Positions 1 through 9,345 are shown, numbered from the stretch's first letter. The stretch: DNA of 64,000 nt from an uncultured Acidobacteriota bacterium (GCA_963757335.1 CAVWRJ010000021.1:256853-320852); one strand, 5' to 3'. Translations and numbers: made by a program. Notes: generated by a model from the letters alone, not told the origin.

Positions 1-1
1 G

Positions 2-1507
2 CCCTCCACCGTCGTGATCTTCGGCGCCACCGGCGACCTCACCAAGCGGAAGCTCATCCCCGCTCTTTTCAACCTGGCGGCGGGCGGGCTCCTCCCCGAC
101 GAGTTCGCGATCGTCGGTTTCGGTCGCACCGAGATGAGCAGCGAGCAGTTCCGCGATCACCTGCGGGAGGACCTGGCGCGCTTCGCCACCCGCGAGGTCG
201 ACCCCGGCCTCGCGGACTGGCTGCTCGGCCGGATCTACTACACCTCTGGCAACTTCAAGGACTCGGCCTCCTACGAGCGCCTGGAGAGCACGATCCAGAA
301 AGCCGAAACGGAAAAGAAGACGGGCGGCGCGCGCCTCTACTATCTGGCGACGCCGCCCAACTTCTTCGCCGACATCGTCGAGCACCTGGGCGAAGCGAAG
401 ATGGCGAACGAGCCCGAGGGCAGCTTCCGGCGGGTGATCATCGAGAAGCCGTTCGGTCACGACCTCGAATCCGCCGAGCTCCTGAACCACCAGATCCGCG
501 AGGTCCTCTCAGAAAAGCAGATCTACCGGATCGATCACTACCTCGGCAAGGAGACGGTCCAGAACATCATGGCCTTCCGGTTCGCCAACGGCATTTTCGA
601 GCCGATCTGGAACCGGCGCTACATCGATCACGTGCAGATCACCGTCGCCGAGAGCGTCGGCGTCGAGGATCGCGGCACCTACTACGAGAGCGCCGGCGCG
701 CTCCGCGACGTGCTGCAGAACCACGTCTTCCAGCTCCTCGCCTTCGTCGCCATGGAGCCGCCGATCTCGTTCGCCGCCGACATCGTGCGCGACGAACGGG
801 TGAAGGTCTTGAAAGCCTTCCACCCCATGAGCCCCGAGGACGTGCTGCGAAACGCCGTCCGCGGCCAGTATGGCGAAGGGGTGATCGACGGCGAGCGCTC
901 CCGCGCCTACCGCGCCGAGACCGACGTCTCGCCGCACTCGACGACCGAGACCTACGCCGCGCTCAAGGTGTACATCGACAACTGGCGCTGGGCGGACGTA
1001 CCGTTCTACCTGCGGACCGGCAAGCGCATGCCGCGGCGGGTGACCGAGATCGCCATCCAGTTCAAGCGCGCGCCGCACATGCTCTTCCGCGAGACGACGG
1101 TCGAGAGCTTGAACCCCAACCTTCTCGTCCTTCACATTCAACCCGACGAGGGCGTGTCGCTCCGCTTCGACGCCAAGATCCCCGGCCCGAAGATGGCGCT
1201 GGACACGGTGAAAATGGATTTCGAGTACGGGGACTATTTCGGCTCGACGCCGCAGACCGGGTACGAGACGCTCCTCTACGACTGCATGCAGGGCGACTCG
1301 ACGCTCTTCCATCGGAGCGATGTGGTCGAGGCGAGCTGGGAGGCGGTGACGCCGGTCCTGGATGTCTGGAAGACGCTCGTGCCGCGCAACTTCCCCAACT
1401 ACCCCGCGGGGAGTTGGGGCCCCAAGGAGGCCGACGATCTGATCCAGCGCGACGGCCGGCAGTGGCGCACGCCACGGCCGCGACCCAAGAAAGATAAGGA
1501 CTGCTGA
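2..1507 (+). CDS. zwf: glucose-6-phosphate dehydrogenase, 5' end truncated by the window edge
   Basis: Translation contains [13 protein letters not shown] and the RIDHYLGKE motif typical of G6PD. The stop overlaps the pgl start (TGATG). Confidence 0.95.
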   Translation, partial: PSTVVIFGATGDLTKRKLIPALFNLAAGGLLPDEFAIVGFGRTEMSSEQFRDHLREDLARFATREVDPGLADWLLGRIYYTSGNFKDSASYERLESTIQKAETEKKTGGARLYYLATPPNFFADIVEHLGEAKMANEPEGSFRRVIIEKPFGHDLESAELLNHQIREVLSEKQIYRIDHYLGKETVQNIMAFRFANGIFEPIWNRRYIDHVQITVAESVGVEDRGTYYESAGALRDVLQNHVFQLLAFVAMEPPISFAADIVRDERVKVLKAFHPMSPEDVLRNAVRGQYGEGVIDGERSRAYRAETDVSPHSTTETYAALKVYIDNWRWADVPFYLRTGKRMPRRVTEIAIQFKRAPHMLFRETTVESLNPNLLVLHIQPDEGVSLRFDAKIPGPKMALDTVKMDFEYGDYFGSTPQTGYETLLYDCMQGDSTLFHRSDVVEASWEAVTPVLDVWKTLVPRNFPNYPAGSWGPKEADDLIQRDGRQWRTPRPRPKKDKDC

Positions 1508-2277
1508 TGGTACCCGGACGCTCGATCGAAATCTTGGAAGACAAAGAGTCGCTGACCCGCGCGGCGGCGGCCGCTCTTACCGCCCGCGCGGCGACCGCCG
1601 TCGCCGCGCGCGGCGTCTTCACCCTCGTCCTCTCCGGCGGCTCGACCCCGCGCGATCTCTTCGCTCTCCTGGCCGATCCGAACGAACCGTTCCGCACCCG
1701 CCTGCCGTGGCAGAAGATCCACTTTTTCTGGGGCGACGAGCGCCACGTCGCTCCCGATCATCCCGACAGCAACTACCGGATGGCGAAAGAGGCGATGCTC
1801 GATTCTCTGGAGATCCCGGCTGCGAACGTCCATCGCATCCACGGCGAAAACCCCGACGCTGCTGCCGCGGCGGCCGACTACGAGAAAGAGCTGCGGACGT
1901 TCTTCCAACTCGAAGCGGGAGGGAGTGGAATCCTGCCGCGCTTCGATCTCGTGCTTCTCGGTCTCGGCCCCGAGGGCCACACGGCGTCGCTCTTCCCCGG
2001 CTCGCCAGCGCTCCACGAGCGCGAGCATTGGGTCGTCGCGCCGTGGGTCGAAAAGTTCAACACCTTCCGCATCACCCTGACCCCGCCGGTGCTCAACCGC
2101 GCCGCGGCGGTGCTCTTCCTCGCCGCCGGCGACGAGAAGGCCGACGCGCTCCACGCCGTGCTCGAAGAGGTCGGCGACGCCGATCTCTACCCCGCGCGCA
2201 TCGTCCGGCCCGAGGAAGGCGACCTCCTCTGGCTGATCGATCGCGCGGCGGCCAAGAAGCTGTCCGCGAGCGTCTGA
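1507..2277 (+). CDS. pgl: 6-phosphogluconolactonase
   Basis: LSGGSTP and GLGPEGHTASLFPG motifs of the DevB/Pgl family. Translationally coupled to zwf. Confidence 0.9.
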   Translation: MVPGRSIEILEDKESLTRAAAAALTARAATAVAARGVFTLVLSGGSTPRDLFALLADPNEPFRTRLPWQKIHFFWGDERHVAPDHPDSNYRMAKEAMLDSLEIPAANVHRIHGENPDAAAAAADYEKELRTFFQLEAGGSGILPRFDLVLLGLGPEGHTASLFPGSPALHEREHWVVAPWVEKFNTFRITLTPPVLNRAAAVLFLAAGDEKADALHAVLEEVGDADLYPARIVRPEEGDLLWLIDRAAAKKLSASV

Positions 2278-2441
2278 TTCCTTTTTAGTTCCGTTCGGGG
2301 ATGCGCTGCCGACTTTCGCCGGCAAGCTCGTTTCAGGGAGTGGGGTACCGCGGGGAGTTTCTTGTACCGGAGGGCGACACGAAAGGGGCTGCTGGTCTTT
2401 CGAGCCGCCCTCTCTCGAGAGGGCCGCTACTTCCGAGCTAC

Positions 2442-2807
2442 TTACTTGGCGGACTTCTTCGCGGCCGTGGTCTTCTTGGCCGCGGGCTTGGCAGCCACGG
2501 TCTTCTTGGCCGCTGCGGGCTTGGCCGCCGCGGTCTTCTTAGCAGCCGCCGGCTTGGCGGAGCTGGTCTTCTTAGCAGCCGCCTTCGGAGCAGCAGCCTT
2601 CGGAGCAGCAGCCTTCGGAGCAGCGGCCTTGGACGCCGCCGCTTTCGGAGCCGCACTCTTTTTGGCAGCAGCGGCCTTCGGAGCCGCGGTCTTTTTCGCC
2701 GCAGCCTTCGGCGCAGCCTTGGGAGCCGAGGCTTTCTTTGCGGCCGGCTTGGCCGCGGTGGTCTTCTTGGCGGGGGTCTTCGAAGCGCTCTTCGTTGCCG
2801 TAGCCAT
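2442..2807 (-). CDS. histone H1-like / AlgP-like lysine-alanine-rich nucleoid protein
   Basis: 121 aa, almost entirely KAAAPKAAA/AAKK repeats. Encoded by tandem 9-27 bp DNA repeats at 2460-2760. Confidence 0.55.
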   Translation of the reverse strand: MATATKSASKTPAKKTTAAKPAAKKASAPKAAPKAAAKKTAAPKAAAAKKSAAPKAAASKAAAPKAAAPKAAAPKAAAKKTSSAKPAAAKKTAAAKPAAAKKTVAAKPAAKKTTAAKKSAK

Positions 2808-3172
2808 GATCTCTCCTTTCGATCTTTTGCCCAGTCCACTGGGCGATGGGTATGGCGCCGAGGTTACGCCACAAGATCTAGGGTGTCAAGAATTTCCGTA
2901 CTCCAGGAGTGGTATGGCGCAATCGCGCCGCAACATTGGCGGCTACCGCAAGGCGTTGGGTGAGGCATGAGGAGCGAGTCAGCCATCTTGTGGCGAGGGT
3001 GAGGCTGGCCACTCAAGGACGAGGTGAGGTGCGAGAAAAGCGAGGCGGAATGGGGGTTTTGGCGCCGTCGCGGTTCTCGGAAGAGAGGTCCTCGCGAGCG
3101 GCCTCTGGTGCTGAGGCTTCACGAACCGCGCGAGCGTTCTAGACTGGAGGCGAGCTTTTCCGAGGTCCTTTC

Positions 3173-3649
3173 ATGAGAAGCCAATTTTTCTGCCGCACCC
3201 TCTTTTTGGTGGCCGTGACCTTCTCGTGCGCAAGGCTGGGTGCTGCTTTGACGCAGCGCACCGCGGCCTCCGATCGTCAGGCGCTGGTCGCGCTCGAGAC
3301 CGAGTGGGCCGTCGCGCACGACGCCGCGACCCTCGACCGCATCCTCGCACCCGACTTCATCCACCCAGTATCCGCGGGGGTTTTCCTGACCAAGGCGGAG
3401 CATATCGACTGGGTGACGAAGCATCTTCCGTCGGCGGATCGCAAGCTGCGCTTCGACCGCTTGGACGTTCGGCTGTACGGCGATGTCGGGATCGTGACCG
3501 GCATGGTCGTGGCGAGCGATGGAGGAGGCAAGGAGTTGGATCGGAGTGTGTTCACCGACGTCTTCGCCTATCGCGAGGGGCGGTGGGAGGCGGTCAATGC
3601 TCAGGAGAACCGGGTGGAGGGGCGGGGGCGAAGAGAAGGTCCTATCTGA
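3173..3649 (+). CDS. SnoaL-like/DUF4440 (NTF2 fold) protein with signal peptide
   Basis: Hydrophobic N-terminal signal followed by an NTF2-like fold pattern (WAVAHDAATLDRILAPDF...YGDVGIVTG...YREGRWE). Confidence 0.5.
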   Translation: MRSQFFCRTLFLVAVTFSCARLGAALTQRTAASDRQALVALETEWAVAHDAATLDRILAPDFIHPVSAGVFLTKAEHIDWVTKHLPSADRKLRFDRLDVRLYGDVGIVTGMVVASDGGGKELDRSVFTDVFAYREGRWEAVNAQENRVEGRGRREGPI

Positions 3650-5486
3650 CGATTTCCAGATGGGGCAAGCCCTCCACCGGAGAAAAATCGGAAACCCGGG
3701 TTGGGTAGAGGATGAGTCTTTGCAGAGAGCTGAGTCCTGCGAGAGGCGCGAGGTCTGAGACTTCGGTTCCGGAGAGGTAGAGCTGTTGCAGGGAGCTGAG
3801 ACCTGCGAGAGGCGCGAGGTCTGAGACCTCGGTTCCGGAGAGGTAGAGCTGTTGCAGGGAGCTGAGTCCTGCGAGAGGCGTGAGATCTGAGACTTGACGG
3901 GCTAAGAAGAGGTAGAGCTGTTGCAGTGAGGTGAGTCTTGCGAGAGGCGTAAGGTCTGAGACCTCGGTTTCGGCGAGGTAGAGCTGTTGCAGGGAGGTGA
4001 GTCCTGCGAGAGGCGCGAGGTCTGAGACCTGGGTTCCGGAGAGGTCGAGCTGTTGCAGGGAGGTGAGTCCTGCGAGAGGCGCGAGGTCTGAGACCTGAGT
4101 TCCGGCGAGGTCGAGCTGTTGCAGGGAGGTGAGTCCTGCGAGAGGCGCGAGGTCTGAGACCTCGGTTCTGGAGAGGTCGAGCTGTCGCAGGGAGGTGAGT
4201 CCTGCGAGAGGCGCGAGGTCTGAGACCTGGGTAAAGGAGATGCTGAGCTGTTGCAGGGAGGTGAGTCCTGCGAGAGGCGCGAGGTCGGAGACCCCGGTTC
4301 CGGAGAGGTCGAGCTGTTGCAGGGAGCTGAGTCCTGCGAGAGGCGTGAGATCGAAGATCTGCGACCTTATCCCGTCATGCAGGTATCCACCCATCAAAAG
4401 CCTTCTCTGTACTTCGGGTAGGATCAGCGGATTAAATGCCTGCGCCAGCTCCGAGAGTACCGTGACGCGCTTTTCAGAAGAATACCCCTCTAAGGCTAAG
4501 CGCGCCTGAGGCGTTCCGATCAGACGCAGAGCGCGGACGCACGCGGCTGCCTGCCGAGCAGAGAGACCTTTGCTGAGTTGCAGATAAGGCACCATGACAT
4601 CGCCACCAGTCGCAAGGTCTTCAGCATCTCCCATGCTGGTCGGTGGGAAGAGTTCCTGCGCGAGTCCCTCGATCCGCTGTTCGAGATCTGGTCGCAGGAA
4701 GAGGGCCGCAGCGCGGCAGCGAAGGGCGAGGAGTTGCAGAGTACGGCGAGAGGTTGGCGCATTTCCGAGAACGGGTCGTCGCCCTTTCCCCATAGGTGCA
4801 CGATCCTCTGTCGCGAGGAGCCGTTCGACGATATCGCTCGCGAAGCCCTGCTTCTTCGTCGTCACCGCGAACAGGATGACCCTCTGCCACGTCGGATCGA
4901 GCGCCTGCTTAGCCAGCCGGCCCGCATCGCCGGCTTCTGCGAATTTCTCGGCACCAAGGAATTCCTTGAAGGTGTTGTGGATGAAATCAAGCGAGCCAGG
5001 TCGGGCCTCCCGCAGCATGCCGCTGCGCTCGACTAAGCTGCCCAGGACCTCTCTCGATTCCTCTTCGGCATGCCCGGGGAACTGCCGGAGGACCTCAGCA
5101 ACCTTCAGGCGGGCACGTTCGTAGGCCACCGAAGACTCCTCGTTCTCGACCATGTAGTACGCCAACTCCCGCACGATCGCCCTCTTCTGCTCGTAGCTCA
5201 AGCACCGGTAGCTCTCCGGAAATTGACTGAGGTCGAGCCCGCTCTCGCGCTCGCGGCGGTGGAGCAGCATGTGGCAGAGGGCTTCGCACAGCTCGGCTTG
5301 GCTCTCCGGCAGCTTCCGGTGCCGGTCGCGATGGAGGGCGCAGATCATGGCGCAGAGGAGCGGGTTTGTCGCCAGCCGTGCGATGGGCGGGTTCGCGGGC
5401 AGTTGTAGTTTGAGCCTCTTCGGCAAGCTGGCCGAAGTCCTCCGCCTTCTTCCCGATCCGGCGGAGCTCTTCGGCAACGGCTTCAT
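3642..5486 (-). CDS. NLR-like STAND NTPase, C-terminal fragment (NACHT helical module plus leucine-rich repeats); same gene as 5095..6147 and 6041..6784, separated by apparent frameshifts
   Basis: NPLLCAMICAL motif of the post-NACHT helical region, followed by about 10 tandem 22-aa LRR units LSGTEVSDLAPLAGLSSLQQLY. Confidence 0.7.
   Translation of the reverse strand: MKPLPKSSAGSGRRRRTSASLPKRLKLQLPANPPIARLATNPLLCAMICALHRDRHRKLPESQAELCEALCHMLLHRRERESGLDLSQFPESYRCLSYEQKRAIVRELAYYMVENEESSVAYERARLKVAEVLRQFPGHAEEESREVLGSLVERSGMLREARPGSLDFIHNTFKEFLGAEKFAEAGDAGRLAKQALDPTWQRVILFAVTTKKQGFASDIVERLLATEDRAPMGKGRRPVLGNAPTSRRTLQLLALRCRAAALFLRPDLEQRIEGLAQELFPPTSMGDAEDLATGGDVMVPYLQLSKGLSARQAAACVRALRLIGTPQARLALEGYSSEKRVTVLSELAQAFNPLILPEVQRRLLMGGYLHDGIRSQIFDLTPLAGLSSLQQLDLSGTGVSDLAPLAGLTSLQQLSISFTQVSDLAPLAGLTSLRQLDLSRTEVSDLAPLAGLTSLQQLDLAGTQVSDLAPLAGLTSLQQLDLSGTQVSDLAPLAGLTSLQQLYLAETEVSDLTPLARLTSLQQLYLFLARQVSDLTPLAGLSSLQQLYLSGTEVSDLAPLAGLSSLQQLYLSGTEVSDLAPLAGLSSLQRLILYPTRVSDFSPVEGLPHLEIVR
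3712..4345 (-). repeat. about 9.5 near-identical 66-bp tandem repeats encoding the LRR units
   Basis: Direct reading: gagctgttgcagggagctgagtcctgcgagaggcgcgaggtctgagacctcggttccggagaggta recurs with 0-4 substitutions per unit. Confidence 0.9.
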
Positions 5487-6147
5487 GCCACTTTTCGATA
5501 AACCGGGCGCGGTCCAAACCGGACAAGGGATTGACCCGTGCGTCGCGAAAGCCTTCGCTGGCCAACCAGCCCGACGGCACGCCCAAAGGGCGCGTGCTCA
5601 CCAGGAGGTAGTTTCCCGGATAGGCGCGGACGATGGCCGAGATCTCGTTGCCGACCGTAGTGCGGTGGGCATTGGGTACTTCATCTACACCGTCGAAGAG
5701 CAGGAGAGCGCGGCCCGCCCGCAAGACCGAGAGCACCCACTCTGCTGGCGGAGTGCCGATCTCCTGGGCGATGAGTTCGGGGAAGTCGTCAGGCTTCGGG
5801 AGTCTCCCGGCCTGGCAGTCGCGGAGACGGATCAGGAACGGGACACACGAGCGCCAGCTGTGTTCGGCCGTCTCCGATAGGGAGGATCGCCGGTTCTTTC
5901 CTTGAGCCGCCTGGATCGCGATCCAGCGGAACAGTGTGCTCTTGCCGCTTCCGGCCTCGCCGCGAAGCACCAGCCGGCCGGCTCCTGGCGCAAGGCTGTC
6001 CAGCACGGACTCTACGGGTGCGGATTCTCCCTCGCTTTCCTCAGTGTCCTGAGGACCGGTTTCCAACTGAAGCGAGATGGAGGCGACCGTCAGGGCTCTT
6101 GCTCGAATCCGGCTGAATGTCGACACCGAAGAGCTCAAGAAAATCAA
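5095..6147 (-). CDS. NLR-like STAND NTPase, NACHT P-loop fragment
   Basis: Walker A GEAGSGKSTL, Walker B LLLFDGVDEV, then winged-helix-like region. Frame breaks relative to the flanking fragments at about 6041-6147 and 5400-5486. Confidence 0.7.
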   Translation of the reverse strand: MIFLSSSVSTFSRIRARALTVASISLQLETGPQDTEESEGESAPVESVLDSLAPGAGRLVLRGEAGSGKSTLFRWIAIQAAQGKNRRSSLSETAEHSWRSCVPFLIRLRDCQAGRLPKPDDFPELIAQEIGTPPAEWVLSVLRAGRALLLFDGVDEVPNAHRTTVGNEISAIVRAYPGNYLLVSTRPLGVPSGWLASEGFRDARVNPLSGLDRARFIEKWHEAVAEELRRIGKKAEDFGQLAEEAQTTTAREPAHRTAGDKPAPLRHDLRPPSRPAPEAAGEPSRAVRSPLPHAAPPPRARERARPQSISGELPVLELRAEEGDRAGVGVLHGRERGVFGGLRTCPPEGC

Positions 6148-6784
6148 GGTTTCGGATAACCTCCAGCCGGTAGTCGGACTCGTACTTCTGATTCCCGGGA
6201 TCGCGCTCCTGCGTCGCCACCCAGGCTTCGATGTGCTCGACCCGGCGGGCGGTCTGTTCCACGATATCGCCGAGATGGCTGAGGCGCTTCAAGCTCTCGG
6301 CCACGGCAGCCTTCTCGAAGCGGGGGAGCTGGGCCGCGATTTCGACCAAGTAGCGCACGGCTTCCGCCAGCACTCGGTCGTAGAACTCCTCTTCCGCGGC
6401 CGAGAACTGACCCTGGGGAAGGGGGCGCGCGGCGCGTAGCTCGGCAAGAAGCTTTGTCGGATCGAGATCCTTCCCGACGAGAACCTCCGGCGAGATCTTG
6501 CCGTCGAGGGTCGCCTCGACCTCGGCCGTCACGGCCGCGACAACGATACCGCCATGGTTGTCGGCGTCCTCAAAAAGAGGGAGGAGCTGGGCGGCGATGC
6601 GTTCGCCGAGCCCCTCGAAGACTCGGGAGGCGTCACGCCGGGCAAAGAGGCTCTCGATCTGACCCTTACCGATGTCGGTCAGATCGTCGCCGAACACCTC
6701 GCCTGGCCGGCCGAGGTAGGTCTTGAACAGGAACTTGGCGAGGCGCGTCCCTAACTTGACGAGCAGGGTCTCTGAGAAAGCCAC
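6041..6784 (-). CDS. NLR-like STAND NTPase, N-terminal all-alpha domain of unknown type plus pre-NACHT linker
   Basis: Putative GTG start at 6784 preceded by AGGGGGA. C-terminal YRLEVIRNLDFLELFGVDIQ matches the conserved pre-Walker-A segment of NACHT proteins. The ORF track extends to 7258 through the 42-bp repeats, which are probably non-coding. Confidence 0.5.
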   Translation of the reverse strand: MAFSETLLVKLGTRLAKFLFKTYLGRPGEVFGDDLTDIGKGQIESLFARRDASRVFEGLGERIAAQLLPLFEDADNHGGIVVAAVTAEVEATLDGKISPEVLVGKDLDPTKLLAELRAARPLPQGQFSAAEEEFYDRVLAEAVRYLVEIAAQLPRFEKAAVAESLKRLSHLGDIVEQTARRVEHIEAWVATQERDPGNQKYESDYRLEVIRNLDFLELFGVDIQPDSSKSPDGRLHLASVGNRSSGH

Positions 6785-7044
6785 GAATCCCCCTGTACGA
6801 TGACGGGTGTATGCGACTGCGAGCGAGCAGCCCCGCCGTTCCACGATGCCGGACTTGTCAGCCACATTATGTACTGAGATCACTGGAGCGCAGCGAAGGA
6901 CTCGTCGGGGAAGCGCCGCACCCCCGCCCAGATCCTTCGCGGTGCTCAGGATGACGGTAGGAACGGTCGGCGCGAACCACACCGGGATCAGAATCCATCC
7001 GTTGAACACACTACGGTAGCGTTTGGGCGCTGAGCGCCAGGCGG

Positions 7045-7214
7045 CGGTCGCTGTCCCTCGGCTGGCGACGATCGCGAGCTTAGCGGGAATCGCTGCCCTT
7101 CGGCTGGCGACGACCGCGAGCTTAGGGGCAGTCGCTGCCCCTCGGCTGGCGATGATCGTGAGCTTAGGGGGAGTCGCTGCCCTTTGGTTGGCGATGACCG
7201 TGAGCTTAACCCAA
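7045..7214. repeat. 42-bp tandem repeat array, left part (4 units); each unit has a C(UUCG)G-type hairpin
   Basis: Units tcgctgcccttcggctggcgacgaccgcgagcttaggggcag; continues on the far side of the IS at 9214-9345. Confidence 0.85.
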
Positions 7215-7273
7215 CTTCCACGCTTTGCGGCATAAAGTATTGAGCCATAAGGATCCACAGTTGACTTTCGTCA

Positions 7274-8350
7274 CTATTCTGGGTTGGGCAGCCAGGTTTT
7301 GACGGGGGCCATGACCTCGTGGGGAATGCCGAGGGTGTCGTAGATGAGCTGATGCTGCTTCTCCGGATTCGTGCCTTTCCGGATCCGGAGAAGTTGACCA
7401 CATGGCGTCGGCAGCACTGCGGTGACCACCTGGTGGGTGGAGAGCTGCTGGCGCAAGGTCGCCCACGAGGTGTGTATCTTTTTCCGCAGAAAGCTGGTCT
7501 CGATCGAGATCAAGAGGTGATAGGCCAACACGCAGAGAAAGATGTGGGTCTGCACTCGGTTCTGGAGCTGATGGAAGATCGGGCGTTCCCGGAGCGGACT
7601 TTTGAGATCGCGAAACGCATTCTCGACTCGGGTCAATAGAATGTAGATCCGCCAAGCCTCTTCGGTGTCGAGATCCTTACGATCCGTTTTAAGCAGATAG
7701 GCGCCATCCATGCGAAGAGCCCTGGCCTTGGCCTCGGTCTCTTCTTGCCAGATCAGCTTCCAGGGGCCAGGATCGAAGCTGAGCCGGTAATACCGGGCCA
7801 CACGAGGATAGCGCTCCTTCAGGCGGCCGATGGCCTCATAGACTTGCGCTTCCCCGATCCGTTTCTTGGCAACTCGCGCCTGGAGACGATCCAGGTCAGC
7901 CAGGAGGCGCTTCTCCTGTTTTTCGCGAATCGCCCGATCCTTGGCTTGGCGCCCCTCGCTTCGACACAGAATGTAGAGATGATCGGCGGTCTCGAGCCGT
8001 TTGACCCAAACCTGGGACTTTTTCTGCGCCGGGTTGTCGGCGAGGGCTCTCGCAGGACTTCCTGCCAGCCCTGCTCTTGCTCGAGATCGTCGAGCCATTG
8101 CAGGCGCTCCGATTGACGGCAGGCAACCACGTAGTGATGGCCGCAGGCTTGAATCTGCTGGAGATTTTCGTCGAAGGCCATGCCACGGTCCACGATCACC
8201 GTGCCTCCACCCTTGCGCCCAGTACGTTGCTCCAGGATCTGCAGCATCTCGTCGACCGACGATCGGTCTTGGCGATTGCCATCGAAGACCTCGTGGGCCT
8301 TGGGAAAGCCTTCCCGGTCGAGCACTAGGCCGATGACGACCTGTTTGCAA
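7274..8350 (-). CDS. IS1634-family transposase, C-terminal portion; frame differs by a 1-nt indel in a C homopolymer near 8040
   Basis: Sequence after about 8030 (VWVKRLETADHLYILCRSEGRQAKDRAIRE...) continues the transposase. The junction gagccctcgccgacaac needs a 1-nt change to restore the frame. Confidence 0.7.
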   Translation of the reverse strand: MQTGRHRPSARPGRLSQGPRGLRWQSPRPIVGRRDAADPGATYWAQGWRHGDRGPWHGLRRKSPADSSLRPSLRGCLPSIGAPAMARRSRARAGLAGSPARALADNPAQKKSQVWVKRLETADHLYILCRSEGRQAKDRAIREKQEKRLLADLDRLQARVAKKRIGEAQVYEAIGRLKERYPRVARYYRLSFDPGPWKLIWQEETEAKARALRMDGAYLLKTDRKDLDTEEAWRIYILLTRVENAFRDLKSPLRERPIFHQLQNRVQTHIFLCVLAYHLLISIETSFLRKKIHTSWATLRQQLSTHQVVTAVLPTPCGQLLRIRKGTNPEKQHQLIYDTLGIPHEVMAPVKTWLPNPE

Positions 8351-9117
8351 TCAGGTCGCTGATCGCGTGAATAGCCGCGTCGGGCTTGAGGATTGCTCTC
8401 GCATTTGCCCTCGAAGTAGGTCGAGGTCAGATCGTAAAGGTAATAGCTGTCATCCAGATTGAAAAGACTTTTCTCCCGCTTCGCCAGAGCCGCCTCGATC
8501 TTGCCTCGGTTCGGGTGCAGGCGATCCAGATTGCGATAGAGGGCTTCGTCAGTGAGCTCCCGCAGGTCCACCCCCAAAATATCGCCCAGCGCCGTGCGCC
8601 GGACCCAATCCGGCATTGCATGTTCCGAGCACGGAGCCACCAGGCGATTCAAAACCATGACCTCGGTGAGACGCCGAGCCTTGGGCGAAAGGCCCACCTC
8701 AAGCAGAGTGTCGTCGATTCCCAGACGCAGCCACATTTGGTGGCCCACATGGACAGGTCCCGCCTCGCGCGCCTCTTCCTGGCGCAACTGATCCGTGTGC
8801 ACGGACACGAGATCCTGGCGGTTGGTCGCGGTACGGACACGGTTCACAACCTCGGTGACCAACGGGGCCTGAGCCCTCAGCGAGGTTTGCCCCGCAAGCG
8901 CCGCCTCGACTTGGCCGATCAGGCCCGGCCACTTGCTCTTGGGCCCCGGCGACAGGGGACCCTGTGAGCACAGGGTCCGGAGTCGCTGCCCCTGAGGAGT
9001 GGTCACCGTCTCCACTACCAGGTAGTTGGTGTAGGTCTTGTCCTTGTACCGCTTGACGGTCTTGCGGATGAACACAAGGCTTCTATACCAGAAACTCGAA
9101 GGCCCTGGTTTCGTCAC
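7819..9117 (-). CDS. IS1634-family transposase, N-terminal portion
   Basis: KDKTYTNYLVVETV...QRLRTL N-terminus, YDLTSTYFEG (first DDE Asp region), and RGYSRDQRPDCKQVVIGLVLD are typical of IS1634 transposases. Confidence 0.75.
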   Translation of the reverse strand: MTKPGPSSFWYRSLVFIRKTVKRYKDKTYTNYLVVETVTTPQGQRLRTLCSQGPLSPGPKSKWPGLIGQVEAALAGQTSLRAQAPLVTEVVNRVRTATNRQDLVSVHTDQLRQEEAREAGPVHVGHQMWLRLGIDDTLLEVGLSPKARRLTEVMVLNRLVAPCSEHAMPDWVRRTALGDILGVDLRELTDEALYRNLDRLHPNRGKIEAALAKREKSLFNLDDSYYLYDLTSTYFEGKCESNPQARRGYSRDQRPDCKQVVIGLVLDREGFPKAHEVFDGNRQDRSSVDEMLQILEQRTGRKGGGTVIVDRGMAFDENLQQIQACGHHYVVACRQSERLQWLDDLEQEQGWQEVLREPSPTTRRRKSPRFGSNGSRPPIISTFCVEARGAKPRIGRFAKNRRSASWLTWIVSRRELPRNGSGKRKSMRPSAA

Positions 9118-9213
9118 TATTTCCGTGAATCGGCGATCCCGCCTCTCGAAGAATCAACAACTTACAGCCACGAAGCCACCGAAATCGGCCTCCTCGGAAC
9201 CGGAGACTGTGGA

Positions 9214-9345
9214 AGTTGGGTTAAGGGCAGTCGCTGCCCTTCGGCTGGGGACGACCGCGAGCTTAAGGGCAGTCGCTGCCCCTCGGACGGCGACTACCGC
9301 GAGCTTAGGGGGAGTCGCTGCCCTTCGGGTTCGGACGCCCAGGCG
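9214..9345. repeat. 42-bp tandem repeat array, right part (about 3 units)
   Basis: Same unit as 7045-7214; starts immediately after the right-hand TTAA of the IS. Confidence 0.85.

Larger units (their letters stand above)
7209..9220 (-). mobile_element. IS1634-family (IS4-like) insertion sequence, 2012 bp, 12-17 bp terminal inverted repeats CCCAACTTCCAC, flanked by 4-bp TTAA direct repeats
   Basis: Ends cttaacccaacttccac (7204-7220) and gtggaagttgggttaag (9209-9225) are reverse complements. TTAA occurs at 7205-7208 and 9221-9224. The joined flanks restore the repeat unit junction gagcttaagggcag. Confidence 0.75.

Noticed and set aside
7045-9345. 42-bp tandem repeats considered as a CRISPR array
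   Set aside because: The units are contiguous with no unique spacers of 28-40 bp, and there are no cas genes. Treated as a structured tandem repeat instead.
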